Origin: an uncultured Gammaproteobacteria bacterium
GTDB taxonomy: Bacteria > Pseudomonadota > Gammaproteobacteria > Eutrophobiales > Eutrophobiaceae
Assembly (NCBI GenBank): GCA_938084745.1
Contig: CALKEZ010000006.1
Span: 3,007-67,006 of the forward strand
Length of the DNA: 64,000 nt
Direction: 5' to 3'
Shown here piece by piece: positions 40,134-51,089 of this stretch. How positions within the stretch are numbered: position 1 is the first letter of the stretch; every line of letters begins with the position of its first letter. The notes beneath the pieces are model-generated. The model saw nothing but the letters and a program-made list of their open reading frames with translations. It searched no databases and was not told the DNA's origin. The translations under genes were made by a program, and so were the position numbers.

Positions 40134-41086
40134 AAATGGCGATATGCTTCAGTCTTGATATTGTAAGGTTCATCATTTTCATCCATTAGCAAAAGCTCTG
40201 CTGACTTGCTGGTAATTGTACCAATGCAATAGACCGGGCATATAGACTCCAGCTCATCTAATACGTCCTTTGGTAGACCTGCCGTAAGCGTGAAACATAG
40301 TTCATAATCGTCTCCACCTGTTAATGCCAGTTCGATAGCCAGATCTTTATCAATTTTCTTCAAGCTATCTGAATACGGAATATCCGCTATATTTAGCTCC
40401 GCTCCTACCTTGCTTGCTTTCAATATATGACCCAGATCGGACAGCAAACCATCTGAAATATCGATACAACTTGTTGCAACATCGCGTAATTCAACCCCGG
40501 TTTTTACTCTTGGTGTTGGTCTATGCAAGCGTTGCTTTTCACTCGCTGCGGGTTCCGGTAGTGATGTACTATTTTGTATATATTGGAGTGCATACGCTGC
40601 CGCACCAAGCTTGCCACTGACATAAATCAGATCCCCAACATTGGCACCACTACGACGTAAGGATTTTCCCTTCGGACTTACACCATGGACCTGGACTGTG
40701 ATAGCGAGTGGCCCTTTGCTCAGATCACCGCCTATCAATATTAATGAATACTCTTTTGCCAAGGCGTTAAAACTGGAAGAGAAACGCTCTATCCAGGTCA
40801 TGTTTTTTTCGGGCAATGTCAGTGACAGAGTGATCCAGCGCGGTGATGCGCCCATAGAAGCGATGTCGCTCAAACTCACAGCGAGTGACTTGTAAGCAAT
40901 ATCTTCGGCACTGGCATCTTCAAAAAAGTGCACCCCGGCAACCAGGGTATCCATTGAGATGACTAATTCAGAATCATTTGGGACATTAATAATAGCCGCA
41001 TCATCACCTATGCCTAAAACAAGATCCCCTTTACTGGAAGGATAGGCTTGCCTGAAGAAATGCTCTATTATTTCGAATTCATTCAA
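40130..41086 (-). CDS. thiL: thiamine-monophosphate kinase
   Basis: EFEIIEHFF...GIGDDAA opening and PurM-like domains. Located downstream of nusB. Confidence 0.9.
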   Translation of the reverse strand: MNEFEIIEHFFRQAYPSSKGDLVLGIGDDAAIINVPNDSELVISMDTLVAGVHFFEDASAEDIAYKSLAVSLSDIASMGASPRWITLSLTLPEKNMTWIERFSSSFNALAKEYSLILIGGDLSKGPLAITVQVHGVSPKGKSLRRSGANVGDLIYVSGKLGAAAYALQYIQNSTSLPEPAASEKQRLHRPTPRVKTGVELRDVATSCIDISDGLLSDLGHILKASKVGAELNIADIPYSDSLKKIDKDLAIELALTGGDDYELCFTLTAGLPKDVLDELESICPVYCIGTITSKSAELLLMDENDEPYNIKTEAYRHF

Positions 41087-41094
41087 GACTATGA

Positions 41095-41550
41095 CTATCT
41101 GATATTATTAATTTCAGTGGAACGTAACTCTCTAGCAATCTTGTCGAGGATGCTATTAATATATTTGTGTGATTGCTCTGCACCAAACATCTTTGCAAGT
41201 TCAATAGACTCGTTAACAACAACGCGCCAGGGTAATTCCAGATGATGTTCAAGTTCATAACAACCAATGTGCAAGATAGCGCGTTCGATTGCATCAAGTT
41301 CGTCAACTGGTCGATCGATTAAACCGGCAATTCTTTCATCCAGTTCAGTGTTGTGCCTTATTGTTCCTCTCAGAAGCAACTTAAAATATTCCACATCAGT
41401 TTTTGCAAGTGTCTGTTCATCACTTTCAAACTCGGCAATCACGTCACTGACGTCTTTACCCGTCATAAACCATTCATATAATGCCTGCACGGTATTTCGT
41501 CTGGCCTTGATACGGGCACGCTTGCTTATTGCAGGGGCATTCACGCTCAT
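41095..41550 (-). CDS. nusB: transcription antitermination factor NusB
   Basis: RARIKARRNTVQALYEW... plus conserved ribH-nusB-thiL order. Confidence 0.95.
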   Translation of the reverse strand: MSVNAPAISKRARIKARRNTVQALYEWFMTGKDVSDVIAEFESDEQTLAKTDVEYFKLLLRGTIRHNTELDERIAGLIDRPVDELDAIERAILHIGCYELEHHLELPWRVVVNESIELAKMFGAEQSHKYINSILDKIARELRSTEINNIR

Positions 41551-42032
41551 GATTTTATTTGTTCCAGTACACCAATCATTTCCAGAGCGGCGGCAGCTGC
41601 CTCTGAACCTTTATTACTCTCCTCATCTCCCGCTCGATCCATTGCTTGTTCAGCATCGTCTACGGTTAAGACACCAAAAATTACCGGTACGCCTGAATTT
41701 ATAGCCAATGTTCCTATGCCACGCGTACACTCAGTCGCGATAAAATCAAAATGTGGAGTCTCACCCCTAATAATAGCGCCTAGGGTAATAACTGCATTGT
41801 ATTCATTTTTATCAAGCAAGGATTGCACGGCGACAGGAATTTCAAATGCGCCTGGCACTTTGACAAGTGTGATAGATTCATCATCCACACCATTACTATT
41901 AAGCGTCCTAATCGCACCGGCATATAACCGGTCAACGATAAAACTATTAAAGCGACTGGCAACAATCGCTATCTTGACGGCACCTTTATAGGCGTTTTTT
42001 TGTTCGATAACTCTTATGGAAGACATTGTCAT
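41547..42032 (-). CDS. ribH: 6,7-dimethyl-8-ribityllumazine synthase
   Basis: IAIVASRFN, VPGAFEIP and GETPHFD motifs. Confidence 0.95.
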   Translation of the reverse strand: MTMSSIRVIEQKNAYKGAVKIAIVASRFNSFIVDRLYAGAIRTLNSNGVDDESITLVKVPGAFEIPVAVQSLLDKNEYNAVITLGAIIRGETPHFDFIATECTRGIGTLAINSGVPVIFGVLTVDDAEQAMDRAGDEESNKGSEAAAAALEMIGVLEQIKS

Positions 42033-42043
42033 TTATTATCTAG

Positions 42044-43162
42044 TTAATTTACGTATTCAATAACTTCAAGTCCAAAACCGGATAAGGCATGGATACGTTT
42101 AGGTGCGCTGAGGACACGCATTTTTCTGACACCCAGATCAGACAGAATTTGTGCACCCAGACCTATAGTACGCAGGTCTTTAGTGTTTCCATTACTACTT
42201 GATTCCTGTTGCTGTTTGTTCGTCTTGTAAGATTCGATCTGATTGATTAATTCCACCGGCTCATATTGGTTGCATAGAATAACCAATACGCCCGAGTCTT
42301 CATCAGCAAGCCGTCGTAATACATCATCGACAGGCCAGCCACGATCCTTCGCCAGACTGCCCGTCAGATCTGAAATAGGATTCTCTAGATGAACCCGGAC
42401 CAAGGTTGGCTTATCCGGATCGATCTTGCCTTTTACCAGGGCCAGATGCAGTTTCTTTTCCAGCTTATCCTGATAGGCATGTAAAACAAAATCGCCATAA
42501 GCTGTTGGCAAAATTGATTCCGTCATATGCTCGACTGTTTTTTCGTTTTCTATTCGATAGCGTATCAGATCTGCAATAGTACCCATTTTCAGATTATGTT
42601 GTCTGGCAAACTTTTCCAGATCGGGCCGTCTGGCCATTGAACCGTCATCGTTTAATATCTCAACAATTACCGCCGATGATTGCAAACCGGCGATTCTTGC
42701 CAGATCACATCCCGCCTCTGTGTGACCGGCACGGGATAATACGCCCCCGGGTTGTGCCATCAATGGAAACACATGACCTGGTTGTACCAGATCAGTCGGT
42801 TTTGCATCAGGAGCCACCGCCTTTTGTATCGTCAGTGCACGGTCTGCGGCAGAGATACCGGTCGTAACACCTTCAGCGGCTTCAATTGAAACGGTAAAAT
42901 TGGTCGAAAAATTTGAATTTGAATGGCTCGTCATTAATGGCAGATTTAATTTTTGACAATGCTCACCCGTCAATGTCAGACAGATGAGTCCACGTCCAAA
43001 CCTGGCCATAAAATTAATATCTTCCGAGCGAACACAGGATGCTGCAATGATTAAATCACCTTCATTCTCACGGTCTTCATCATCCATCAAGATGACCATA
43101 CGGCCATTGCGAATTTCATCAATGATTTCTGAAATGGTATTAAGCGACATAGTTTTCTTCAA
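42044..43162 (-). CDS. ribBA: bifunctional 3,4-dihydroxy-2-butanone-4-phosphate synthase / GTP cyclohydrolase II
   Basis: [12 protein letters not shown] and RAGHTEA (DHBP synthase half) plus a GCH-II-like C-terminal half. Confidence 0.95.
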   Translation of the reverse strand: MKKTMSLNTISEIIDEIRNGRMVILMDDEDRENEGDLIIAASCVRSEDINFMARFGRGLICLTLTGEHCQKLNLPLMTSHSNSNFSTNFTVSIEAAEGVTTGISAADRALTIQKAVAPDAKPTDLVQPGHVFPLMAQPGGVLSRAGHTEAGCDLARIAGLQSSAVIVEILNDDGSMARRPDLEKFARQHNLKMGTIADLIRYRIENEKTVEHMTESILPTAYGDFVLHAYQDKLEKKLHLALVKGKIDPDKPTLVRVHLENPISDLTGSLAKDRGWPVDDVLRRLADEDSGVLVILCNQYEPVELINQIESYKTNKQQQESSSNGNTKDLRTIGLGAQILSDLGVRKMRVLSAPKRIHALSGFGLEVIEYVN

Positions 43163-43187
43163 TTATTTAGCAACTACTAACTATACA

Positions 43188-43781
43188 TTATTCTTTCGTT
43201 ATTAACTGATCTAGATAACGTGCAATCAGGTCAACTTCTATATTTACTCTCGTGCCCGGCCGGTATTCCGAAAATAATGTTGCAGATAATGTATGTGGAA
43301 TAATATTAACATTGAATGTATTCCCTTCGACGGCATTAATCGTCAAGCTGACCCCATCGACCGTGACGGATCCTTTTTTTGACAAATACCTGCTCAATGT
43401 TGGTGGGATTTTAATAACATAACGAATTGAACGCGCGTCATTAGCCATATCAACAATCTCGCCAATACCATCTATATGCCCACTGACCATATGACCGTTG
43501 ATTCGATCAGACAATAGCATCGCCTTTTCCAGATTGATGCGAGAGCCTACTGTCAAATCACCGAATGTTGTCAGGCTCAATGTTTCTTTGGATAGATCGG
43601 CTATGAAAGCATGAGGCCCTTTCTCAATAATCGTTAAACAGGCACCATTAACAGCAATGCTATCGCCGACACCTACATCAGATAGATCCATATTGCCGAC
43701 ATCAAATACGAAACGGCTATCGCCACCACGTTCTTCAATGGAACTAATCTTGCCGGTACTCTGGATAATGCCTGTGAACAT
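43188..43781 (-). CDS. ribE: riboflavin synthase
   Basis: MFTGII opening and a duplicated lumazine-binding repeat (GDSIAVNGACLT / GSVTVDGVSLT). Confidence 0.9.
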   Translation of the reverse strand: MFTGIIQSTGKISSIEERGGDSRFVFDVGNMDLSDVGVGDSIAVNGACLTIIEKGPHAFIADLSKETLSLTTFGDLTVGSRINLEKAMLLSDRINGHMVSGHIDGIGEIVDMANDARSIRYVIKIPPTLSRYLSKKGSVTVDGVSLTINAVEGNTFNVNIIPHTLSATLFSEYRPGTRVNIEVDLIARYLDQLITKE

Positions 43782-43790
43782 AACTGTGTT

Positions 43791-44882
43791 TTAACTCGTT
43801 AGTATCATTGTAAAGCGCAGGTCTTTCCCCACTTGTCTGACATCATTAATCTGAAGATGCCTTGCTTCGTTGAGTGTTTCAATTTTCGTTAATTTTAACA
43901 ATGGATTTGCATCATGACCCAGTAAAACAGGGGCCATATAAACTATCAGTTCATCAATTAAACCCCGTTCCAGCAAGACGCCGCAAAAACGTGAACCGGC
44001 CTCAACCATAAGCTCATTTATCTGAATTTCATTTGCGAGATGGGAAAACACATTGCTTAACCATGACTCGGATCCGGGTAAGGCAACTATCTCGGCACCG
44101 GTACTACTTGCATAAGTATTAATACGTTCAGCATTATTATGTTCTGTATAAATGATTATTTGTCCGGGGATACTGAATATTTTTGCTTGTGTTGGTGTTT
44201 TCAGCTGCCTATCAACTATCACGCGTACTGCTTGTTTAAATTCAAAGTCCAGGCCTCTTGCATTTAATGCGGGGTCATCTTTAATCACAGATTCGGCAGT
44301 GGTTAATATTGCACTACTTGCGGCACGCAAACGATGCACATCATGTCGCGCTTGCTCAGAAGTTATCCATTGACTCTCACCGTTAGCCAGGGCTGTGCGT
44401 CCATCGAGACTCATTGCCATTTTGCAACGAACGTAAGGCAGACCCGATGTCATGCGTTTAATAAAGCCCGGATTAAGTTTACGTGCCTCGGCATCAAGCA
44501 AACCCAGCCTGACACCTATGCCTGCTTTTTCAAGCGTTTCAATACCGGAACCTGACACCACTGGATTCGGATCGACCATCGCAATGACGACATCATTTAC
44601 TCCGGCATCGATTAAGGCATTTACACACGGTGGCGTGCGACCTTCATGGGAACAGGGTTCGAGTGTTAAATAAACACTAGCGCCAGCAGCATTACATTTT
44701 GCAAGTGCGTTAATTTCTGCATGTACTTCACCCGCGACTGCGTGCCAGCCTTCGGCCAGTAACTGATTATCTTTCGTTATTACACATCCAACACGCGGAT
44801 TAGGATCACAGGTATAACGACCACGCTGTGCCAGTTGAATAGCCTGCGACATAAATTGAAAGTCTTGTGCTGTCCACGTCAA
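43791..44882 (-). CDS. ribD: bifunctional riboflavin biosynthesis deaminase/reductase RibD
   Basis: HAEINAL...TLEPCSH...PPC deaminase zinc motifs plus a C-terminal reductase domain. Confidence 0.95.
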   Translation of the reverse strand: MTWTAQDFQFMSQAIQLAQRGRYTCDPNPRVGCVITKDNQLLAEGWHAVAGEVHAEINALAKCNAAGASVYLTLEPCSHEGRTPPCVNALIDAGVNDVVIAMVDPNPVVSGSGIETLEKAGIGVRLGLLDAEARKLNPGFIKRMTSGLPYVRCKMAMSLDGRTALANGESQWITSEQARHDVHRLRAASSAILTTAESVIKDDPALNARGLDFEFKQAVRVIVDRQLKTPTQAKIFSIPGQIIIYTEHNNAERINTYASSTGAEIVALPGSESWLSNVFSHLANEIQINELMVEAGSRFCGVLLERGLIDELIVYMAPVLLGHDANPLLKLTKIETLNEARHLQINDVRQVGKDLRFTMILTS

Positions 44883-45391
44883 CTCTCATCACCATCAGTA
44901 TTGAGCAGATCCATCTGGCTCTCTTTTAAATCTGGCGGAAGTTCATGCTCAAGGCGTTCTATCTCTTCAAGAAAAGCGCGCACATCCTCAAAGCTTCTAT
45001 AAACAGATGCAAACCGGACATAGGCAACCTGGTCTATTCCTCGTAATTGTTCCATAACCCAATCACCAACCTGCAGTGATTTAACTTCCCTATCACCTGT
45101 CGCGCGTAATTTATGCATAATATTGGAAACGGCAAATTCGACACGCTCCATTTCAACCGGACGTTTTTCAATAGCACGCAAGATACCGCCACGTAGCTTT
45201 TCTTCCTTAAAGGGCTCACGTCGGCCATCAGATTTAACAATGCGAGGAAAATTCAGTTCAGCTGATTCGTAGGTCGTATAGCGTTCTTTACACTTTGTAC
45301 ATTCACGACGACGACGTATTTGATCACCCTCACCAACAAGACGTGAATCAATAACGCGTGTATCAGGATCGGTGCAGAATGGGCAACGCAT
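44879..45391 (-). CDS. nrdR: transcriptional repressor NrdR
   Basis: MRCPFC...CTKC zinc ribbon plus an ATP-cone. Its stop overlaps the ribD start. Confidence 0.95.
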   Translation of the reverse strand: MRCPFCTDPDTRVIDSRLVGEGDQIRRRRECTKCKERYTTYESAELNFPRIVKSDGRREPFKEEKLRGGILRAIEKRPVEMERVEFAVSNIMHKLRATGDREVKSLQVGDWVMEQLRGIDQVAYVRFASVYRSFEDVRAFLEEIERLEHELPPDLKESQMDLLNTDGDES

Positions 45392-45426
45392 CTATTGTCT
45401 CAATTATTTCAGCTTCAAAAATGAAT

Positions 45427-45449
45427 GAGGGATTTTAGAACAATCCCTC
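45427..45449 (-). terminator. Candidate terminator/attenuator hairpin between glyA and nrdR
   Basis: 8-bp stem gagggatt/aatccctc with a 7-nt loop. On the minus strand it is followed by attcattttt, a short and displaced U-tract. Confidence 0.35.
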
Positions 45450-45474
45450 AAATGAACAAACATTTACAGTCTTT

Positions 45475-46746
45475 TTACTTTAAATCATCATTGGACTCAT
45501 ATAAAGGTCGGCTCTTACAAAGCGTAAGCACCTCACTTTTAACGCGTTCAATAACAGATTCATCACCCATGTTATCCATAATGTCACAACACCAGTTTGC
45601 CACCTGCTTTGAATCGGCTTCATTGAAGCCACGCGTGGTAATAGAAGGTGTACCGATACGAATACCACTGGTCACAAATGGTGATTGAGGATCATTAGGA
45701 ACAGCATTTTTATTAACGGTAATATTGGCGCGTCCCAGAGCAGCATCTACTTCCTTGCCCGTCAGTCCTTTCTCAACCATGTCTACCAGGAACAAGTGAT
45801 TATCAGTACCTCCGGACACAATCTTCAGACCACGCTCAACAAAGGTTTCCGCCATAACATTCGCGTTCTTTTTAACCTGTTGAATATAGGTCTTGAATTC
45901 AGGTTGCATCGCTTCCTTAAAAGCGACTGCTTTGGCCGCAATTGTGTGCATCAAAGGACCGCCTTGATATGCCGGGAAAACCATGAAGTTGACCTTTTTT
46001 TGAATTTCTTCATTGGCTTTACCCATAATCAGGCCAGAACGTGGACCACGCAGGGTTTTATGTGTAGTGGTAGTTGTAACATCTGCAATCTGAACTGGGC
46101 TAGGGTATTCACCAACAGCAACCAGACCAGCAATGTGAGCAATGTCGGCCATCATTAATGCACCCACTTTATCCGCGATGTCACGGAAACGTTGCCAATC
46201 GACAATGCGTGAATAAGCAGAAAAACCGGTAATGATTAATTTAGGTTTATGCTCCACTGCAAGGCGTTCTGCTTCATCATAATCAATCTCGCCGGTATTG
46301 GTATCGATACCATATTGCACTGCTTTATAAATTCGACCAGAAACATTCACTGAGGCACCATGCGTTAAATGACCACCATGTGCCAGGCTCATACCCATAA
46401 TGGTATCACCGGGTTCCAACAGAGCATGGTAGACCGCGCCATTCGCTTGTGAGCCGGAATGTGATTGAACGTTTGCCCAGTCTGCACCAAATAATTCCAT
46501 CGCACGATCAATCGCAAGTTGCTCGGCAACATCGACATACTCACATCCACCGTAATAACGCTTGCCAGGATAGCCTTCAGCATATTTATTAGTCAGTACC
46601 GAACCCTGACATTCGAGGACCCTGGGACTTGCCATATTTTCTGATGCGATTAATTCGATATGCTCTTCCTGCCGGCGTCGCTCTCCTTCCATTGCGATAA
46701 AGAGTTCGTTATCAAACCCCTCCACTTTAGTATCTTTAGTAAACAT
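45475..46746 (-). CDS. glyA: serine hydroxymethyltransferase
   Basis: 423-aa ORF with ELIASEN, GGHLTHG and the [15 protein letters not shown]-lysine motif. Confidence 0.95.
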   Translation of the reverse strand: MFTKDTKVEGFDNELFIAMEGERRRQEEHIELIASENMASPRVLECQGSVLTNKYAEGYPGKRYYGGCEYVDVAEQLAIDRAMELFGADWANVQSHSGSQANGAVYHALLEPGDTIMGMSLAHGGHLTHGASVNVSGRIYKAVQYGIDTNTGEIDYDEAERLAVEHKPKLIITGFSAYSRIVDWQRFRDIADKVGALMMADIAHIAGLVAVGEYPSPVQIADVTTTTTHKTLRGPRSGLIMGKANEEIQKKVNFMVFPAYQGGPLMHTIAAKAVAFKEAMQPEFKTYIQQVKKNANVMAETFVERGLKIVSGGTDNHLFLVDMVEKGLTGKEVDAALGRANITVNKNAVPNDPQSPFVTSGIRIGTPSITTRGFNEADSKQVANWCCDIMDNMGDESVIERVKSEVLTLCKSRPLYESNDDLK

Positions 46747-47140
46747 AAGTTGCCCTCAATTATTGATTTAGAAAAAAGTATTAAAATTAATGAATTCGAT
46801 TCGTTCTTATTATTATTTACCTGATCATGTATACAGGGTTTAACCCAAAGACAGTTTGCTTAAGCTATCTTTAAAATTTGTTCTTTTGACATTTGCATCC
46901 GGCTCAATTCAGTCCTGGCATTCGTTGAGCAATATCTGATTACTCATTTGTAAACCGGTTGCGTCACACCATCGTCATATTATGCTCTTTCCCAACAGAC
47001 GCGGATATTACCAAAAGCCGCCTGACTGTGCATCGCTGAGAGGAGCTTAAATTAGTATTGTTTTCAATAATCTAAATTCTCGCAAAAACCCCTACCCATT
47101 GACTACTTAAGATAATGAAAATTAAAGGAATTTTATTTTC

Positions 47141-47196
47141 CCTGATCAATTTATTTTTATGAAGATTTTTCTAGTTTGGTCGATAAATTGATCAGG
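47141..47196. repeat. Perfect 14-bp inverted repeat with a 28-nt spacer, upstream of cyaA
   Basis: cctgatcaatttat (47141-47154) and ataaattgatcagg (47183-47196) are exact reverse complements. Each arm contains TGATCA (GATC). Confidence 0.9.
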
Positions 47197-47419
47197 ACTT
47201 CTTCTGCACCCAAAAGCCCACTGCAAAAGAGCGTCAAATACTATAAATAAAACAATATTACTATATAAAACAATGAGATAAGTAATTAAAGCTAATCTAA
47301 AACATACTTCAGAATTAGATCTTCATAGTATAGAAGCACGTTTTCTTAAGATTAATCAGCAACGAATTGAGACCATCAGGCAGGGACTAAGCGAACGTCA
47401 GGCTCGATTTATTGAGCTT

Positions 47420-50116
47420 TTGCCACTCCTTTTTCACGAAAATAATCCCGATCTACCCGGTTATATTAATGATGACGTCCCCGCCGGAGTTTCGGAATAT
47501 GCGCCAGAACAAACCGCCATAAAAATTGCCAAGAGTTTTTTCAATACCTACAAAACCGTACGACGCGCCCGACGAATCATGGATTTGAATGGCATCTATT
47601 TTATGGGCAGTAGTGGATCGATTGCCTATAACAGTAAAAGTGATTTTGATGTGTGGTTATTACATTCAACCGCGTTGGATGCCGATGCGGTAGATTTGAT
47701 ACAGCAGAAAGCCTATGCCATAGAACAATGGACTGAAAAAGAACTGCGTCTTGAAGTTCATTTCTTTATTTTTTCAGCCGAAGAGTTCAAACAGGGAAAA
47801 CAACAGGGTCTATCCTCGGAAAGTAGTGGCTCAGCGCAACATTATCTTCTGTTGGACGAATTTTATCGTTCAAGTTTACTTATCGCAGGCAAGATTCCTA
47901 CCTGGTGGTTAGTACCACCGGAGCAGGAACAGGATTATGAATCGTATATCAATAACCTGGCACAACAAGGAGTACTGGATCTCACCAACAGTATAGATTT
48001 TGGTGCTGTGGCCAATATACCGGCATCGGAGTTTTTTGGCGCTGCCGTCTGGCAACTTTATAAAAGCATACGATCACCCTATAAATCACTAATGAAACTG
48101 ATCTTGATGGAAGTTTATGCCAGTGAATACCCGTCCATATCCTTACTAAGTTTGATGTTCAAAGAAGCTGTTTATCAAGGCGTTGATACGAAGGATGAAC
48201 TTGATCCTTATTTAATGATGTATAAAAAAATTGAAGAATATTTAATGATTCGAAATCAGCGAGAGCGTCTCGAATTATTTCGACAATGCTTTTATGTCAA
48301 GATCAAGGAACCACTCAGCCATCAGCTCAAGAAAAAAAGCTGGCGTCGCGATCTATTTAAAAAAGTTGTTCTGGATTGGGGCTGGACACAGCAACAGTTT
48401 GAAATGATGGATACGAAGAAAGAATGGCAAATCGATATGATTTCACAACAACGAAACCGTCTTATGAATGCGTTGACGGAGAGTTATCGTTTTTTATCCG
48501 CATTTGCCCGGCGCAATACCGAGGTATCCAGAGTAAGTCAGACGGAACTGAATGTTCTTGGCCGTAAACTTTATGCCGCATTCGAACGAAAAGCGGGCAA
48601 GATAGATATCATCAATCGTGACAATCAAACCAGCATGCAATATGCAAAAGTTACGATTTCCCAGGTAAGGAACCAGTCAGGTCAGGAAAGCTGGCAAATG
48701 TATCAGGGGCATATTACGTCTCATATTATTAAAGATAATAAGCCGATTAAACGAACGCAAAGTGTCATTGAACTGCTGGTATGGGCTTATTTTAATAATA
48801 TTTTAGACTCACATTCTGCAATATCACTGATCAATAATGATGATCTGACAGTAAAGGAAATCAGAGAATTACTGGTCTCATTTGAAAAAGAATTTCCGAC
48901 CAGACAATTACCCGAAGCAGATTTCAATGATCTGAATCACTCGGCACGTATTCAACAAGCCTGCGTCTATATAAACGTAGGTCATATGCCCATCTCAACA
49001 AGAAACGAGAATCATGGTCATTTGTCTAGCGTCAGGGACAATGTACTTAGTTATGGCGGACAGCACACCAACCTTGTTTATAGTTTTGATTTGTTGATAT
49101 GCACAACATGGGAAGAATTGCTGACGTTTCGATTTGTTGGCTCAGATGCGTTACTACAATGTATTTCTGAGTATTGTCGATGGACGACTCTGGATGGATC
49201 TTCCCGACCACCAAAACTGAATGCCTACAGCTATTCATCCAGTTACGCTCCCGCTATTACACGACGCGTTGAAGAAATTGTGGCCGATGTAATAGGTGAA
49301 TATTATGGAAAACAAACCTCCTGTAATAGCCGCTACCTGATCGAAATTGAAGACTGTTACCATATGCTATTCAACGAAAACAATTATCTAAAATATAAAT
49401 ACATTGGATCTAAAAGTCATTTATATCGTGCTCTTGGAATGCCGGGAAATACTTTTAGCCCTGTTCTGTTTGAACAACAGAGTAAGGGCAACAAAATTCT
49501 CCAGCAATTATTCAGGTTAAATAGACCCGATTACATTCAGTTATTCTATGCCACGAAAGATAATATGGCAGACATCTATATTTTTGATGAGAATGGCGCC
49601 TTGTTTTTTCAAAGTATTCCTTTCCATGATAGCAAGGCATTAATTAATCACTTTGATCTTTTTTTCAAGGCCAGTATTAACAGGCGTAGCTTTCTCGCAT
49701 TAGATACTGAATCCAATATAGAGAATATGGAAATTGAGTTTTACTCAATCAATTATGACAAAACAGAAAAATTACAAATAAACAAACACGATAATGCCAT
49801 AGAAGACAGTAATGGGGGATTCTTCAACATTCAGGTCATAGGTAGTCCGGATGATGAACACAATTCCTTATGTGTATTCTGTGGCGATAGAGAGTTTTCC
49901 TATATCGAACATGGCAAGGAATTGTTTAATGTTGTAGCTACCTACATTATTCAACAACGCGCCAGCGGCCAGAAATATCCGATTTATATTACCGATATTG
50001 ATATTTCGCGGGGACTAATTAACCAGATAGAATCGGACAACTTACAAACCATACATTATCTGAATTATAAAAAACGAATCGAGGACAAACTAAATCAGGC
50101 CATAGCGATAAGCTAG
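47420..50116 (+). CDS. cyaA: class I adenylate cyclase (coordinates begin at the first canonical start; the true N-terminus is probably upstream)
   Basis: Collinear with enterobacterial CyaA as I recall it: SDFDVW, HYLLLDEFYR, FFGAAVWQLYKSIRSPYKS, RQCFYVK, RKLYAAFE. The frame is open back to 47282 and encodes a CyaA-like N-terminal helix. Confidence 0.9.
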   Translation: MPLLFHENNPDLPGYINDDVPAGVSEYAPEQTAIKIAKSFFNTYKTVRRARRIMDLNGIYFMGSSGSIAYNSKSDFDVWLLHSTALDADAVDLIQQKAYAIEQWTEKELRLEVHFFIFSAEEFKQGKQQGLSSESSGSAQHYLLLDEFYRSSLLIAGKIPTWWLVPPEQEQDYESYINNLAQQGVLDLTNSIDFGAVANIPASEFFGAAVWQLYKSIRSPYKSLMKLILMEVYASEYPSISLLSLMFKEAVYQGVDTKDELDPYLMMYKKIEEYLMIRNQRERLELFRQCFYVKIKEPLSHQLKKKSWRRDLFKKVVLDWGWTQQQFEMMDTKKEWQIDMISQQRNRLMNALTESYRFLSAFARRNTEVSRVSQTELNVLGRKLYAAFERKAGKIDIINRDNQTSMQYAKVTISQVRNQSGQESWQMYQGHITSHIIKDNKPIKRTQSVIELLVWAYFNNILDSHSAISLINNDDLTVKEIRELLVSFEKEFPTRQLPEADFNDLNHSARIQQACVYINVGHMPISTRNENHGHLSSVRDNVLSYGGQHTNLVYSFDLLICTTWEELLTFRFVGSDALLQCISEYCRWTTLDGSSRPPKLNAYSYSSSYAPAITRRVEEIVADVIGEYYGKQTSCNSRYLIEIEDCYHMLFNENNYLKYKYIGSKSHLYRALGMPGNTFSPVLFEQQSKGNKILQQLFRLNRPDYIQLFYATKDNMADIYIFDENGALFFQSIPFHDSKALINHFDLFFKASINRRSFLALDTESNIENMEIEFYSINYDKTEKLQINKHDNAIEDSNGGFFNIQVIGSPDDEHNSLCVFCGDREFSYIEHGKELFNVVATYIIQQRASGQKYPIYITDIDISRGLINQIESDNLQTIHYLNYKKRIEDKLNQAIAIS

Positions 50117-50188
50117 CTCATCATAGGGGAGAATATCTACATCGACTGACGTATAATCCGTCCCTGGATAAAATACTTTGGTGAACCC

Positions 50189-51064
50189 GTGACAGAGACA
50201 GATAGACTATTAAAACGGCTCGACTCTTTGCTAGATAAAGTCGAACCTTTAATCCCTGACTTGCCTGAAGGCATCACTGAATTTAACGGTGGTGCATTTC
50301 GTTGGCAAAACTATGGACACAACGGCCTGTTTCATAAAGTTAATCAGCCTGCCAGAATAAGCTTGACTGATTTACAATGTATAGAACGACAGAAAGAAAA
50401 AATTGATCTCAATACGCAACAGTTTCTTGCCAAGCTGCCAGCCAATAATGTGTTGTTGTGGGGGCCCAAAGGAACCGGTAAGTCTTCTTTAATAAAAGCC
50501 TTGTTGAATGAGTATCAAGCCAAGGGCTTAAACCTGATTGAAGTTGAGCGAAATGATCTGGGTGACTTAAGAAAAATCATCGAAACACTGAGTCTCAAAC
50601 AAGCGCATTTCATTCTTTACTGTGATGACCTCTCGTTTGAAGCTGATGATCTGAGCTACAAGGCCATCAAGGTCGTACTGGATGGATCACTGAGTAGCAC
50701 ACCGGAAAATATTCTGATTTATGCCACATCCAATCGGCGTCATTTAATACCCGAGATGATGAGCGATAATATTGCCAGTCAAAATATCAGTGGTGAATTA
50801 CATCTGAATGAGGCCATTGAAGAGAAATTATCGCTCTCCGAGCGTTTTGGTGTATGGCTGTCGTTCCATCCTTTTAATCAAAACCAGTATTTACAAATAG
50901 TTGACTACTGGTTGAACAAACTTGGTTTTAACAGTCCAGATATGGAAACTGTTCATAAGGCGTCTCTGAAATGGGCACTTGAACATGGTTCGCGTAGTGG
51001 TCGATCAGCATGGCAGTTTGCGAGAGACTGGACCGGACGTCATCAACTAAAGTCTAGAACCTGA
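50189..51064 (+). CDS. DUF815-type AAA ATPase (COG2607-like)
   Basis: Walker A LLWGPKGTGKSSL and Walker B ILYCDDLSF. The length and the ATSNRRHL motif are typical of the family. GTG start. Confidence 0.75.
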   Translation: MTETDRLLKRLDSLLDKVEPLIPDLPEGITEFNGGAFRWQNYGHNGLFHKVNQPARISLTDLQCIERQKEKIDLNTQQFLAKLPANNVLLWGPKGTGKSSLIKALLNEYQAKGLNLIEVERNDLGDLRKIIETLSLKQAHFILYCDDLSFEADDLSYKAIKVVLDGSLSSTPENILIYATSNRRHLIPEMMSDNIASQNISGELHLNEAIEEKLSLSERFGVWLSFHPFNQNQYLQIVDYWLNKLGFNSPDMETVHKASLKWALEHGSRSGRSAWQFARDWTGRHQLKSRT

Positions 51065-51089
51065 AAAATTTTTCGGAAACTTTATCATC

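Noticed and set aside
43163-43187. FMN riboswitch expected near riboflavin genes
   Set aside because: The rib genes form one tight nrdR-ribD-ribE-ribBA-ribH-nusB-thiL string with gaps of 25 nt or less. There is no space for the ~140-nt RFN element, and I saw no such sequence upstream of nrdR (45392-45474).
45685-46158. 157-aa + strand ORF inside glyA. The same applies to 12353-12739, 41267-41704, 54893-55300 and the many 60-110-aa ORFs nested in larger genes.
   Set aside because: All are antisense or out-of-frame shadows of strongly supported genes. They have no family resemblance and no ribosome-binding sites that I could see.
46960-47035. Possible ZTP (pfl) or other folate-related riboswitch upstream of glyA
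   Set aside because: Fragments such as ggttgcgtcac and gccgcctgac vaguely recall the ZTP consensus (GGGUCGUGAC ... CCGCCUGGGC). They lie on the + strand, the wrong orientation for glyA, and the conserved GGCG, pseudoknot and UGGGC elements are missing.
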